DNA of 59,415 bases, the filler included, from Sphacelaria rigidula (Eukaryota): assembly GCA_964200075.2 (NCBI GenBank). It is 6 parts of 6 records of this genome, joined end to end, with 100 filler letters (N's around TTAATTAATTAA, not from the genome) between each part and the next. Parts side by side here need not be neighbours in the genome. Positions count along the whole stretch, not along the records: positions 9,921 to 19,740 come from CAXNAA020007692.1; positions 19,841 to 29,660 come from CAXNAA020007693.1; 4 more parts are not named here. One strand, given 5' to 3'. The position numbers and the translations under genes are program-made. The notes beneath the pieces are model-generated. The model worked only from the letters and a program-made list of their open reading frames with translations. It was not told the DNA's origin and searched no databases. Shown piece by piece: positions 12,582 to 24,895 of the stretch (positions within the stretch are counted from its first letter, which is position 1; each line of letters opens with the position of its first letter).

Positions 12582-14590
12582 CTGTTTCAGCTGTGATGGC
12601 TTGATCTCCCGCCCGGTTTTTCATCATGTACGCGCCACCGATCACCTTGCCCTTCTTATCGCGGATGCTCTTGCTCTTGTACATGTTGATCCGGTTGATT
12701 GTTGCCTGTGAGGTAAAAACCAAGGTTTTATCATCAGAAAATTTGGGGGCGGCGACGACGAAAAGGTGGATGCGGAACACGACAGTTGAGAGTGCGGGGT
12801 GTGACGAAAACAAGCGGCGAAATTGACCGGCGGACATTGAAGGTTGAGGGGCGACACGATATCCAGCTGGTAACGGTGCCGGAAACGCTCGAATAAAAGG
12901 ATATGCAGGCTGTTCGACCATTCTGATTTCAAATTGTTTTGGTTTCCTTCGCGATGATTGAGGTGACGAAGCACACGGCCTGTGATATCGGTGGACAGAC
13001 AACAATCCCAAGATATATATATATATATATATGGATTTCGATAGAGCAGGTTCTTGAGCGATAACATGAGATGGCAAAATCATACTGCCGTTAGGTATAG
13101 GGGTGGTCGGCGGACCGGCAGATCATGATCGGCTCCCGCGCATTTCGACGTGATACACCAAATGCGGCGTTCCGAGCAACACTGACGGATCGCAACTGTT
13201 TGCTGCATGGCGGCAATTTCGAAGTTGCATGAGGATGGGGATATTTTCCTGTGCTTGGGAACGTGAGGTACGAGCTGTACCTCGACGTATTTCGTCACAA
13301 CTTGCTACTACTGCCCACTACAATCGTCGAAGCAAATATGGTGTCACGTGCCGGGGAGGGAGAGTGGGCAATTTGATCGCTCCGTTATTCTTGGAAACTG
13401 CTCTGAGAGCCTTCTAAAACCTAAACATCGCACGGTCTAATCTCACGACTAATCAAGTCCACACTCACATGTTTCAACACAACACTCAGTAGTACAGTGA
13501 CTCAACGTCCAGCACCAGCTAGAGTGCCGCAGCGCCTTGTTCGTTTTACGGCAGACGAAACAGCCCATACACCATGAAGTTTCCAACAGTGTGCACACAG
13601 CTCTGTGTGCCGACGAACACTATCTTGTACAGAGACGAACACAACCACAATATCGCAGCTCAGGCAATCCAAAGCTATTTGCAATGAGTCAACACACGAC
13701 AGTACAATGGCAGCTCCAGGAAATAAGCCAGCACATAAGAGAGGGCATATATGTGTGTGTGTCGCGGTAGAGAGAAACAGGACATGTCGCATGTTTTCGT
13801 CCTTCGCCCGATTTTGAGCAGGTCCTCAATTTTGGGCGAGTGCCGAGGTTGAGCGCTCGGCCATAATCGCGCTTATTTTAATCCACATTGAGTCATCCCA
13901 ATTCGTGTGTGGGAGGTCTGGCTTGTGTCGCGGGCGCCCCCTACTTTAATCTGGTAGGGTGCTCTCCAGGTACATTGTAAACATGTTCGGATTGCTCAGC
14001 ACAGCAGTAAGGAAAATGTCCAGATATACATAATACGAGGCAAGTCGCACCCCCGCAACAGCAACAGTGGCGCAGACGAAGGAGCGCATCCAATGAAACT
14101 GTCCTATTTCTTGCTATAAAACTCGCCCATCGTAGTCACATCGAACAACAAACCATACCCAGGCCCTTTTCACATGTAAAATATTTTGCATCCCACCATG
14201 CGTGAATGACGGGGTATACCACCCGGGTGGTGAATAAAGGTTGTCAACCTTGCTCGATTTTCTACTGCGTTCGAGAAGTGCACACCGCCGATCGTACCCC
14301 TGACAAGCTCTCGTCAAAATGTGTGTCAACAGACGGGTAAACTCATAGAGTGCACAGCCTCGTGTCTCTACAGACAATCTAGGTTGAAAAGACTCAATGA
14401 GCCAAGTGGGTCGCTCGCGCACTGTTCCAACATCAAGTCCGTCAAGATGGGGAATGATCGCATGAAAACACACCTTGTCGCGAAGCGAGCCGCCATTCGC
14501 CCGAATGCCATCCGTACTACGGTGGGGGTTCGCCGAGGAGTTGGACTTGGTCTTCATGTTGAAACCCTTGTGCTTCGGTTTTGGCGGCAT
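12582..14590 (-). CDS. NOG2: Nucleolar GTP-binding protein 2 (NOG2/GNL2/NGP1 family), first two exons only
   Basis: Exon 1 14590-14474 (MPPKPKHKGFNMKTKSNSSANPHRSTDGIRANGGSLRDK|gt) and exon 2 12705-12582 (ag|ATINRINMYKSKSIRDKKGKVIGGAYMMKNRAGDQAITAET-G|gt) join in phase. SSxNPxR...LRDKATIxRxxMY...RDxKGKxI is the characteristic NOG2 N-terminus. Downstream exons not confidently found before the contig end. Confidence 0.88.
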
Positions 14591-17339
14591 GATGGCTATT
14601 GCAGTGTTACCCAAGCACTCTGGGTGTCCTGTTTGTTGCTCAGCTGACCACCGGATTCGTTACAGAGTGTGAGTGGAGCTGGCAATGGCTGTCGAGCGCC
14701 CCAGCCAAACTAACCCGGCGGTATCGTGACAGCGTTCACAACCGGAGATACTCCAAAAAATTGACTAATACTCCACGCCTGCTCTTGTTTCTTCACCAGT
14801 CCAGACAAACAATTACTTCACCGAGCACTCCAGTAGCTTGCCTGTTGCGTTGGGCTCGACGTGGTGGGATGGATCATCCGGAGTCAACGCGGTTTGACAA
14901 ATCGTGACGTTCAGACCCGCAGCCCTTCGTGCTGATAAGATTCTCCCTGTATACGGAATTCAAGTCATAAGAAGATACATGCAATGATACCTGAGATACC
15001 CAAAGATAACAAAGTTTTATAAGAGTCACGCATGATGTCACATAATACAAAATGAACACCTTGTGAATACTGATACAGTACTGTGAAAAATGGATAATAG
15101 TCTGCAGATATCGTCATACCCGAGAAACTATGCTTAAATGTGTCATCACTCACTCCGCTTCTGTCTTGCCCGGTCGGTACAAAAGTCTTTGATCAAGTTG
15201 TCAGCTTGCGTGCACTACGTTCCCGGCGATAAGGTGGGTAAAATACACTACCATTATGGTTCTGTGGGTAATAGAGATTGGGTTAACTAGTTAAAACAGA
15301 TCTTCGTTACGATTCGCAGCACTACTACACACTTGTGCGGTGCACCTTGACAATGAGACCCTCCTTCAGCCCTTAGCTGCGCGCTGTCCTCACTTGGACT
15401 GACCACCGTGCGAGGCCGACGCCGATGCACGCCACTACCCGGAGGAACAAAGAGGGGAAGGCCTGACCGAACGTGCGCATTGCTAGCGTACGGCGAAGTG
15501 CACCCATTGCTTCACGTGTACCTATATGTATATTGCCGGGGACAGATCTGCTTTTTGTTCACTGCGGCCAACAGGCGTTTCCTCCCGCATCACACCCCCA
15601 AAAGACCGTACCACTTCGTAGTCTCTACAACAGTAGTATAGAACGAGCAATAAGCCAGAGCTCCCCGCTGTACGAACACTGACTGCTGAGAGCAAGGGGA
15701 TTGCTGGATACCCTCTGCAGCAGTCGATCGTGACTTCGGGTTCGATCGGCGACGTTAATAACCCTCGAAGCTCTAGTAACTGGTTCTGATCAATGGAGCT
15801 GCAGCTGTAGCAATGGAACCGACACGGCTTGTGCGTGAGGTCCGAAAACAGACCAATCGTCGTACAGCACATTTGACTCCACCCTACATAACGCCTGTGC
15901 TATGAAGCGACCATCGCGTCCTGAACGCATCCGCTCCCGGCCCGTACAGAGCTCACAAACGTGACGGGTACATCGCATCTGTGCAGTACAGTGCAGTGTA
16001 GTACCGCGTGATGTGTAGTAGAATCTCGATTTGTGGGAACAGTGGCGGGTATCTCACTGTCCTGTGCAGGAACGCTCAGGATCTCTTTCCGTTGGGGTGA
16101 TCACGTGAGGGCGACAGTTGTTGGAACTCGACAACATCTACGACGCAGTGGTTGTCAAAACTAACTTGGAAGAAATGACATTCCCTGAAGCGCCGAAATG
16201 TCAGAAGGGAAGGTCAAGCGGCCTGTGCTTCTCCACTGCTTTTGTAGGTCTGATGAGAGATGATTTGCGTTTCACATCATGAAGAGAAAATAGACGCAGT
16301 GTCTACGCATTCACCAACCCTTCCATGACTTCCATGACACCCCCTTCCCCGAGAGTGTTTTAATTCAAGGATCGATTTCACTAGTCTCTCACCACTCACC
16401 ACTCAGTACAGTACTGCGCCAAAACTACGAAGAAAAATAAATAAATATTATCAGACTGCCCGCACTATATTCGCGAATGCTCGCACTTAGCCCACATACT
16501 AAATCATTCCATTTGTGAGGGAAACTTTCTATGTTCATTTCTCAATCATGGCTGACCTCAATCCCGTGCAACTTGGTCCACAAGACAGGCAAAGCGACAA
16601 CAGTATTTGCAGCGGAGAACAGTTCCTTTCGGCCAGCGAGCAAATTAAACAGCCGGTTTTGGGCAATACCATCAATACGCCCTCTAAACGGCTGCCTCGC
16701 AGCCCAGATTTTGTGCACTGTGAGTGAACGCATTTGTGTACATGGTGCACTCACTTCCAAATCATGAGCAGCTGAGAGGATGCAGTGCTGGCAGACATTA
16801 ATACTGGCACACCCTCTGAAAAATGATGATCCGTAGAAACCTCGTTCTGGTATCGCCTGTAGAGATGCTCGGCGCCGAAGGCCGGGTCCTACGCGCGCTG
16901 TAGTCGCTGCAAGGCGCTGAAGCTTCGGTCATGTATCATGCAAACCACGAGCAACAAGCCCACGTGTCTGGTTCTGGGGTTGGGAGTTGCAGCAGTGCAC
17001 GACGGGATGAAGAAGGCTCAGGTTTGGTTCCGATAAATGTTTTTCATTTTGTATTTTGGGGCAGGACTGTACTTTATCCCTTATCCTATGGGGAGGGGGG
17101 GGAAATTACGTTAGTTCAGTCCGGTATTTTTTCATTCGCTTCGCTCCGGTCCCGCGCAACTCTCGTGAAGAAAAGGGTGTAGATGACGCCAAGCCCTATT
17201 GAGAAGATGAACTTATTTCAACATGTAATATGTAAAGCTATGTAAGAAAAATGACGAAGCAGAGCGGGTGTGGACGATGAACAAATGTGGATATAAAAAA
17301 CCGGAACTGAGAAATAGATGCACTACGGTTGTAAAGAGT

Positions 17340-17980
17340 ATACCACTGTGCTATTTTTTCCCCATACGAAAATGAACGTCCCGAAACTCCACACGACGCG
17401 TTCCGACACGTGTATACAGAATCCCATTCACACTACCATAGGAATTGTTTTTCACACCTCCATTCACGTTTGCAGACATTTCGACACCTGCATACACCCA
17501 GTTCGTCGATGTATTACCTCACCGAGCATTCTTTGTCCCCTCTGGTTTCGAGTGCAGGTCGAGCGAATGTCGATAAGGAGGCGTTGGCAAAATGCTATGC
17601 TCTCGTGTGTAGTTACATAGTCATATACTGTACACTCAGTTCGTCGGCACATTTCGTAGGGTTATGATCCAAGCATTCCCCTCCCTCCAGTTTCGAGCGA
17701 CGGTTGGGCGATTGTCGAGGAAGAGACGTGCAAAATGCTCCGCACTTTTGCGTCCACACACACACATACTCCACACAGTATAACCTACAGATACAGCCGT
17801 TCCACTCACATAACCATATATTTTTTTCCCTGCACGGAAACGAGCGTTCCGACACGTGCATCCACACCTGCACGTTACCTTGCTGAGCAATCTTTGCCCC
17901 CTTCCCTTTTCGAGTAAAGGTTGTGCGAATGTCGATAAGGAGGCGTTGGTAAAATGCTGCGATCTCGTGCGTCGTTACGA
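17340..17980 (+). repeat. Degenerate direct repeat array
   Basis: Motif tttcgag...gcgaatgtcgataaggaggcgttgg.aaaatgct...tcgtg.gt.gttac at ~17545-17617 and ~17908-17978, a diverged copy at ~17690-17755, and gcgttccgacacgtg at ~17398 and ~17844. Confidence 0.7.
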
Positions 17981-17999
17981 TTTCACGTATTTCGTGTAC

Positions 18000-18932
18000 A
18001 ATCGACATGTACGATGGGCCCAAACAAAAGAGGCTGGCATCGAGGTGTGGAGAAAATCGCGTAGAATATAGGGGGGAGGGGTGGAAGAAGAGAGGGGGGG
18101 AGAAAGGAGGAAATTAATTGCTGGAAAATGAAACTCACTGCTCACTTTGCGGTGTTGCTCGCGCTTCAAACATCAGGCATGAGCTGGCGGGTCTTTCCAG
18201 GTTTCGCCGAAATATTTCAGGCCGTGTGGCCGCGGTACATTCCACTTTGACGCCGTCGACGAATGCATGGTCCTTGTTGTGCTCTAGAAGGTAGAGGCCC
18301 TGCGAGTACATCCTCTGCGAAAGATAGTGGGGCAGGAAGCGATAATGCGCTTCACTATCGCTTTATGTCCCACTGTCTTCTGCAGGGGACGTGCTCGCAG
18401 GGCCTCTACCTTCTAGAGCAGAACAAGGACCACGCATTCGTCGACGGCGTCAAAGTGGGATGCACCGGGGTCATAACCTCATGACTCAGTGCATTCCACC
18501 TTGATAGTGTTGACAGAAGAATAATCCTTGTTGTGCTCTAGAAGGTAGAGGCCCTGCAAGCACGTCCTCTGCGGAAGATGGTGGGACACAGAGCGATAAT
18601 GTGCTTCACTATCGCTTCATGTCCCACTATCTTCCGCAGAGTACGTGCTCGCAGGGCCTCCACCTTCTGCGGCACAATAAGGATGATTCTCTTGTAAACA
18701 CCATCAAGATGGAATGCTCCGGGGTCATGGGGCCGGGGGATGTTGTAGCGAACACCCAGAAAGGCCCTCCCGCTGATGCCCGGAGTTCGAAGCGGGAGCG
18801 ATAACGCAAAGTGAGCAACGAGTTTCCTTTTTCAGCGAGTCATTTCCTCCGTCTTCCTCCTATATTCTACCTTTTGTTCCCCATACCCCCGTGTTTTCCT
18901 TTTTTTGCTCGGGCCCATCATGGATGTTGATT
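18000..18932. repeat. Nested palindrome: outer inverted arms enclosing two tandem ~250-bp hairpins
   Basis: Outer arms ~18000-18225 and ~18729-18932; hairpin 1 ~18225-18474; hairpin 2 ~18481-18728; both apices read gcgataatg(c/t)gcttcactatcgc; period ~254 bp. Confidence 0.9.
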
Positions 18933-19149
18933 GGCAAATGCTGCACCTTCGTGCGTCGGATGTAAACTTATATTCTTGATGGTGTACTGTCACGTTTGCC
19001 CCCTCCGAAGCAAGTGGTGAAGTTATCAGACTCGATCAAGCATGAAATCCTAGTCATACTGGATTGTGACTTGAATCCGCGTTCACAGCTGCCTCTATTA
19101 ACCCGAGCTTAATTTTGTGCACGGCAGCGCACAACTGACCATGGATATT

Positions 19150-19520
19150 TCCAAGGCTGTGCTCTGTAGGGTATGGGTATGTTCCGTACGGTAAGATTCT
19201 TCACACAACCTACAGAACTATCGGGCACCGGTGTGCAAGACTACGTGAAGTTACAGAACCTTCCGTGTAGTGTATGAAGGTTGCACAGAAAACTAAACCT
19301 GCAACCGTTTATTTTCACGGGTGTATGCCCGCGCCCCGGGTAAGTTTTGTTTTTGTACAGAACTTACAGAAGTATAGGGCAAGGGTAAAGTAGGCTTACA
19401 GAACTCACATAACCGTCGGGCATCGGAATGGAAGTCTTCGGGGCGTCGCAGAACTATCGGTCGGGGGTATGAAAGTCTTACGGAAGTCACAGAACTGTCG
19501 AGTACGGGAAATACCCCGCG
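19150..19520 (+). repeat. Dispersed repeat with ACAGAAC(T) subunits
   Basis: Recurrent acagaact/acagaacc/cagaagt motifs interleaved with gggtatg-like motifs at ~30-45 bp spacing. Confidence 0.55.
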
Positions 19521-19535
19521 TATACAAGAAAAGTA

Positions 19536-19740
19536 GGGAAATGGCCTAGAAAAGGTATACCTTGTCGTTTGTTGCCTAGGAAAGGTACGAAAAACGGCCA
19601 GAATCGCGAAAACAGCCAAAAACGCCATTGCGACCGTTTTCGCTCCGGATTTTTCACGCACATCGTTCGGGGAGGCCATTGACACCCGCGTCTCGAAGAA
19701 AAACGGATAAAAAACATGTTACTCGAGAGATATGGCCACG
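19536..19740 (+). mobile_element. Terminus of another copy of the long-TIR element family of 619-2773 (cut by contig end)
   Basis: gggaaatggcctagaaaaggtatacctt...gaccgttttcgctccg...acatgttactcgagagatatggccac aligns with 619-824 and starts at the same GGG. Confidence 0.8.
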
Positions 19741-20122
19741 NNNNNNNNNNNNNNNNNNNNNNNNNNNNNNNNNNNNNNNNNNNNTTAATTAATTAANNNN
19801 NNNNNNNNNNNNNNNNNNNNNNNNNNNNNNNNNNNNNNNNTCTACTGTCTGGAGTGCTGTTCAAAGAAATGCTCTAAAGAGCCTGCTCACCGGAGACTGA
19901 AAAACGCTAGATAGGAAGATCCAAAAAAAGACAACCTCGTATCCTTCCACTATCCTAGTATCGAGGTACGAGCCTCTTGGGAACCACGTCTATCTTGCCA
20001 TCTGTGCCTTACCCTTGTCCATTTATCTTCGTGTGCATACCATCAGCAGTTTTTTATATCTTCACGCCAGGGTATGTATACTGGCCTACGATCAGCAACT
20101 CCTGTCTTCCCCACTTGCATTC

Positions 20123-20427
20123 ATGATGGGACACCCATGAGGCAGTGTATAAGCCGTGGCTGTCTCTGGGAGTGGCGATAACAGAAAATAACCAACTGAT
20201 TGCCGGCTGTCATCCCAATGCAAGATAATCAGTATGCTTCGGGCCCAACACTCTGAGCGGGATGCAGCTCACCCTTCATGCGAGTCGTTCAACACACCAC
20301 GGTGCTGTGCGCTTGGCGATTGACTGCGAGCCTGGTCCGGCGAAAACCTGGCGTGCTCTGTCCCGGCTTTGTAGGGATGTGGTCAATGATCTCATGACGA
20401 TGGCATGTAAGATCATGAGCACACCCT
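20123..20427. mobile_element. ~305-bp insertion within the LINE RT, flanked by a degenerate 13-bp direct repeat
   Basis: cccacttgcattc (20110-20122) and cccaccttcattc (20428-20440) match 11/13; RT homology resumes on both sides. Confidence 0.55.
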
Positions 20428-20642
20428 CCCACCTTCATTCGAACTCTACCGGGTATTTCTTCTCTTCGTGACATATAAATTCAGCGCAATTGTGTACGTG
20501 TGATGTCACTCTTCGTTTCTCAGGCTGTTCTAGCGCTTGCTCTATTTGTTTCTGCAATCCTTCTGATGCTGTCAGTACCTCCACAAAATCATCCGCTGAC
20601 ATCAATATCGATACCGTATCTTCCCCCACCCTGACTCTCTAC

Positions 20643-20819
20643 CCACGACTCTTGTTCTCGTAAAACTGTTGGATGCCGTATCCCTGGAGCTATGGAAGAA
20701 ACGTTATGAGCGCCGGAATGTTGAAGGTGTCTCTATTAGGAGTAGGGACGGTGCTCCATCTCAAAAGGGACGCGTGATCAACGGTCAAACGACTAAGGCA
20801 AGCAACAAATGAGTACGCC
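20643..20819. mobile_element. Short retroposon-like insertion with perfect 20-bp TSD
   Basis: cccccaccctgactctctac at 20623-20642 and 20820-20839; related inverted copies at ~49437-49497 and ~49880-49995. Confidence 0.8.
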
Positions 20820-23659
20820 CCCCCACCCTGACTCTCTACTTTGTTGCCTTTACTGCTATCATCATGTCATAGATGGAATGCTTTGAATATAGTGGGTGAT
20901 AATGCACACCCTTGTGCAACTCCCTGGAAAATATCGACATATTTGGATAGTTGCTCGTCTAGCATCATCGCACTTATGCGCATTTTGTAATATTTTTCCC
21001 TGTCCTCCAGATCTTTCCTCTGGTTCCAGTTCCCCACATATCTTTCCATAGCCAATTTCTCCATATTATATCATAGGCCTTATGTACATATAGAAAGAAA
21101 TCGTACGTTGTTAGCCGCGTGTCTTTCTCACCTTGAATTAATCTTACTTGACATGTACACACGGTCTACGCATCTACGGTTTGGCCTAAAACGTGCGTAC
21201 CCTTCGTTTTTTCTCTTCCTTCTCCGTAATAGCAACGTTCTCTCTCCATAATTCAGAATCTTACTGCACGTTTTCCCTCGATTCGGGGTTAGCCTTATCT
21301 CCTTCCTCAAAAAAGGTTTATTGCTACTTTTTTTGTCCACCTTTTGGGCCTGCACTCGTTTCCCCAGATCCAATTATACCGTATAACCATCATGGTAATC
21401 ATTCTGTCTGCCCCATGCTTCATAAACTCATTTACTATCTCGTGTGCCCCTGCTGCCTCTCTTCTCCTGGTTTTAGTTACATACTTTTGCCCCTCTTGTG
21501 GAATTTCCATGCCCTTCTCTTGAACCACCATCTTCCCCTTTTAAAACCTTCACAGTTGCCTCTGCCCAAGAGTTTCGTTACTTCTCGGAGTTCGCGTCCG
21601 AGCTCTTGCTAGCTCTTGGTGTTGCCAGTTTCCGGCGGTGCTCTGCTAGTAATCCTCTCTTCCCCTTCAAACTATCAACCATTTCACCATTCTGTGCCCC
21701 GGTGTAGGTATTTTCTTGTCTGCCTCTCCTCCCCTGTTCTCCCCAGTATCCCTTTAATCTCTACACACGTGCTTCATCTCGGCCCCAATGTCTTCTTTAC
21801 TCCCTACCACTCCAACAATACCAACTTGGGGATTGTGTCCCCAGCACCATCTGTCTATTTTCTCTATGTACAACGACTCTAGCACTTTCAAGCGCTAAGG
21901 AACAATGCTACGAAAGTGAGCAGGGTTGTTTTTCACCGTGTTTGGTCCAAAACATATTTGTTTTCGGATCTGGTGTGACGACTGGGCAGAATCCAAAAGG
22001 AAAGCTTTGTGAAAATATCCACGAAAACGATCGGGATTGGCTAACCCTTTCTTACTACACACAACTCAGTTGGGGATTTTTATAACTTCTCGCATACTAT
22101 TCCCCCCTAGCACGTGAATGTGCTGATATAGAGTCCACATTTAGTGGGGAATTGAATAGGTGGTTCTCAGGATAAAATGACCAAGTTCGTGTTCTCGGGG
22201 TGGTACAGAGTAAAAACCTTGTTTATCGGTAGGGTGTTTTTGACCGTCATTGGTTCAAAATACATTTTCTCGACTCTAGCGTAGGGAATACGTGGAGCTT
22301 CAAATAATCAATTATTTGTATTTGCTCGCGAGCCAGAACTTGGAGCTGTGTAGCCGCAGGACCCCCGAGATCCGATCAACCCGTGAGGTATTCAATATTG
22401 AGTGCAGAAAATATCTTCTTTTGAGAATGTGAAGCGGATGCTACTATCTCTCGATCTCCAACCTTCGGCATTAATCGTTCAATGTGATGAGCGGTGGCGC
22501 GCGAAAAAGCTGTTGAAAATCACCGACTACATAATTCAAAATTCGCCAAGTTTGGCGGGTGACCACCGTATCGCCTTTCATAGTGGACACGATGAGGGGC
22601 CCGTCTAACTATAACCAAGCTAAAATTCATGAGACAGAGTATATCTTTTGTGGACGAAGGCGGATAGGCCCCGCCTTTAATTTAAATGCAAGCCTCCCTG
22701 ACCTTTCTACTCTTGCGTAAGGAATGATGGTGCAAATACAAGGTATCCCTCTTTGGACCATTGCCTTCGCAGGTACTGTACAGCCTAGACAGCGGCAATA
22801 TTATCAAAGCCGACTTTCGATACAAGCATCATTTTCAACCTATTGAGCGCTGGGCCTTGTTTCGGTACAATTTTCGGCTGGCAGTCCCCTCGGATGTATC
22901 CGTCCATGTTGTTGTTGTTGAACTAAGGACAGTAAAAACAGTACAACACTGCTTGGATAGTAGGATGTAAAATGACAGTTTAGCGTGGGGTAGTACAGCC
23001 TTATACGGACAACAGGTATTGTCACCGCCGTGCATGCAGGGATGCGACGGAGATGAGTGATGATGGCCCTACAACCGCTGGCCAGAGGCCATTGCTTGCT
23101 TGTGTTTACTAATACTAGGGCGATGTCTTACACGAAGCGTGGAAAGTGAACCACTGAGGGTTGCCATCGAAGAATACAAGAGAAGACACCGCGCGATGTT
23201 TCCCGTCATCTTTCTCATCCAGTCGAAATTGCACTGGGGAGTGGGGACCGTCATAAAGTACTCTCACACAAGCCCCTGGCTGCACACACGGCAAACGTGT
23301 GTTGGACGCACGTGGCACAAATTTGCAAATGTGCTCGATTCCTCCGTAACCGCGGGAGCTGCCAAACCGACTCATACAAAAAGCAAGTGAAAGGGTGATC
23401 TGGATCCATCTTGGTTCGAGCACACTTCCATGTCACCCCTGTAACAGTCCTTTCCATAACTTCGGAGATCCGGATACCTCACACGCGTAATATGGATTGA
23501 AACTTTTTTCAAGATATCGTAAGAAGGCAGTAGTGACTGGTTGTTTGCCGAAAACATACGTTCTTCGTCACGATTGTTAGGCGAATTCTTCCATATGGTT
23601 GGAGCACACGCATACCTGTATATTAGAGCTTCACCCAAGGGTCTGTCGAGCGATATTTT

Positions 23660-24895
23660 CCCGCAAAGATTATATCCACCTACATAGGTGGATCCTTATT
23701 TCCACCGTAACCTTTCATCATGACCGATCCCGCATTGTTTTTTTTAATTTGGGAGCCCACATTTTTCCAATCAGCTGCCCGCTACGGATGTGTGCAAACA
23801 AACTGGGTTCGGGTAACGAGCAGAACCAGAGCCAAGTTTTAGAATTCGAGTGCGCCACTTCTACAAACCCGCTACAAGCGCTTCCCTCTGATACGATGGC
23901 AACACAAAAGCACAAGACATTTCTTCAATGAACTTTGTTAGGAGCAGGGCCTCCCGTCCAAAAACCAACTAAAAAAATGCGTGTGAGCACGCCACGCTGG
24001 GCAAAAAGTGCACCTGAATGTCTTGCCTTCATCAATCTATCGATCCTAACTTTGAGAGTCTCTCGATGATGAACATCTGGGCCGAAATGGCAACCCCCAA
24101 CCATCCTTCCACTCTGGACGTCCATTAAAATGATTACACAATTCAAAGGAAACGGCAAGTACGTAGCAGACAAGACGAAATAAATGAGTGTATACAGCAG
24201 AGACAAAACATAAAGAGGACCGACGGAGTATCGAAGTCCAGCCAGCACGAGTCAACGTCGAGCACGACGGAAAACACCGACTTCGATATTTCATCATCCG
24301 GTGGTGCCGTGGATGAGATTTTTTTTCTCGAGATGATGGGCATAATACATTCTATACGATGTAGACTTCACGGTATAAAAGTAGTACAGTCAGTGCCAGG
24401 GTGTTGCAGCAAGCAAGAGTATTCACAATACAGACCGTGGATTTTGCGAGCAGTACGACATTACAACTATAGGCTCTGCTTCGCAAACACGGCACAGCTG
24501 TAGTCTGTACTTGTTATCTTGTACTACTCCAGGTCCGAGTACAGGCTGTACTCTGCCAGGTTACAAGCACGGGCTGTACTCGCGAGCACAGTAGGTAGCT
24601 GTGCTTTACCAATACAGTACAGTACTATACCGTCTTCACTGTAGGGTTCGAGGTCACATGCAGCTGCACATCCATGGCAGTGGATGCAGATGCAGAAGAT
24701 AGGACTACTGACTACTGCCTGCACTGCGGTACTACGCGTGAAGGCTTCAGTTTGTTTGCACACATCCGTAACGGGCAGCTGATAAAAAAAATGTGGGCTC
24801 CCGAATAAAAAAAACACAACGCGGGATCGGTCATGATAAAAGGTTACGGTGGAAATAAGGATCCACCTATATAGGTGGATATATTTTTTGCGATA
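23660..24895. repeat. Inverted repeat pair (~145 bp) at ~23660-23806 and ~24748-24895
   Basis: atatccacctacataggtggatccttatttccaccgtaacc...gatgtgtgcaaacaaactg and its reverse complement; each arm contains the near-palindrome atccaccta(c/t)ataggtggat. Confidence 0.85.

Larger units (their letters stand above)
19945..21860 (-). mobile_element. Decayed LINE (non-LTR retrotransposon) reverse transcriptase region
   Basis: Frameshifted RT motifs in order: EAAGAHEIVNEFMK, GYARFRPNRRCVD, FFLYVHKAYDIIWR, QGVAQGCALSPTIF, LMSADDFV, QYTYPG. Many stops and frameshifts; two insertions. Confidence 0.9.

Noticed and set aside
12706-14473. Intronic snoRNA in NOG2 intron 1
   Set aside because: No convincing C/D or H/ACA box arrangement with a terminal stem found by eye.
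23030-23640. Possible transposase remnant with Cys-rich segment on the minus strand
   Set aside because: Only an isolated CxxC; no catalytic motif or termini could be supported.
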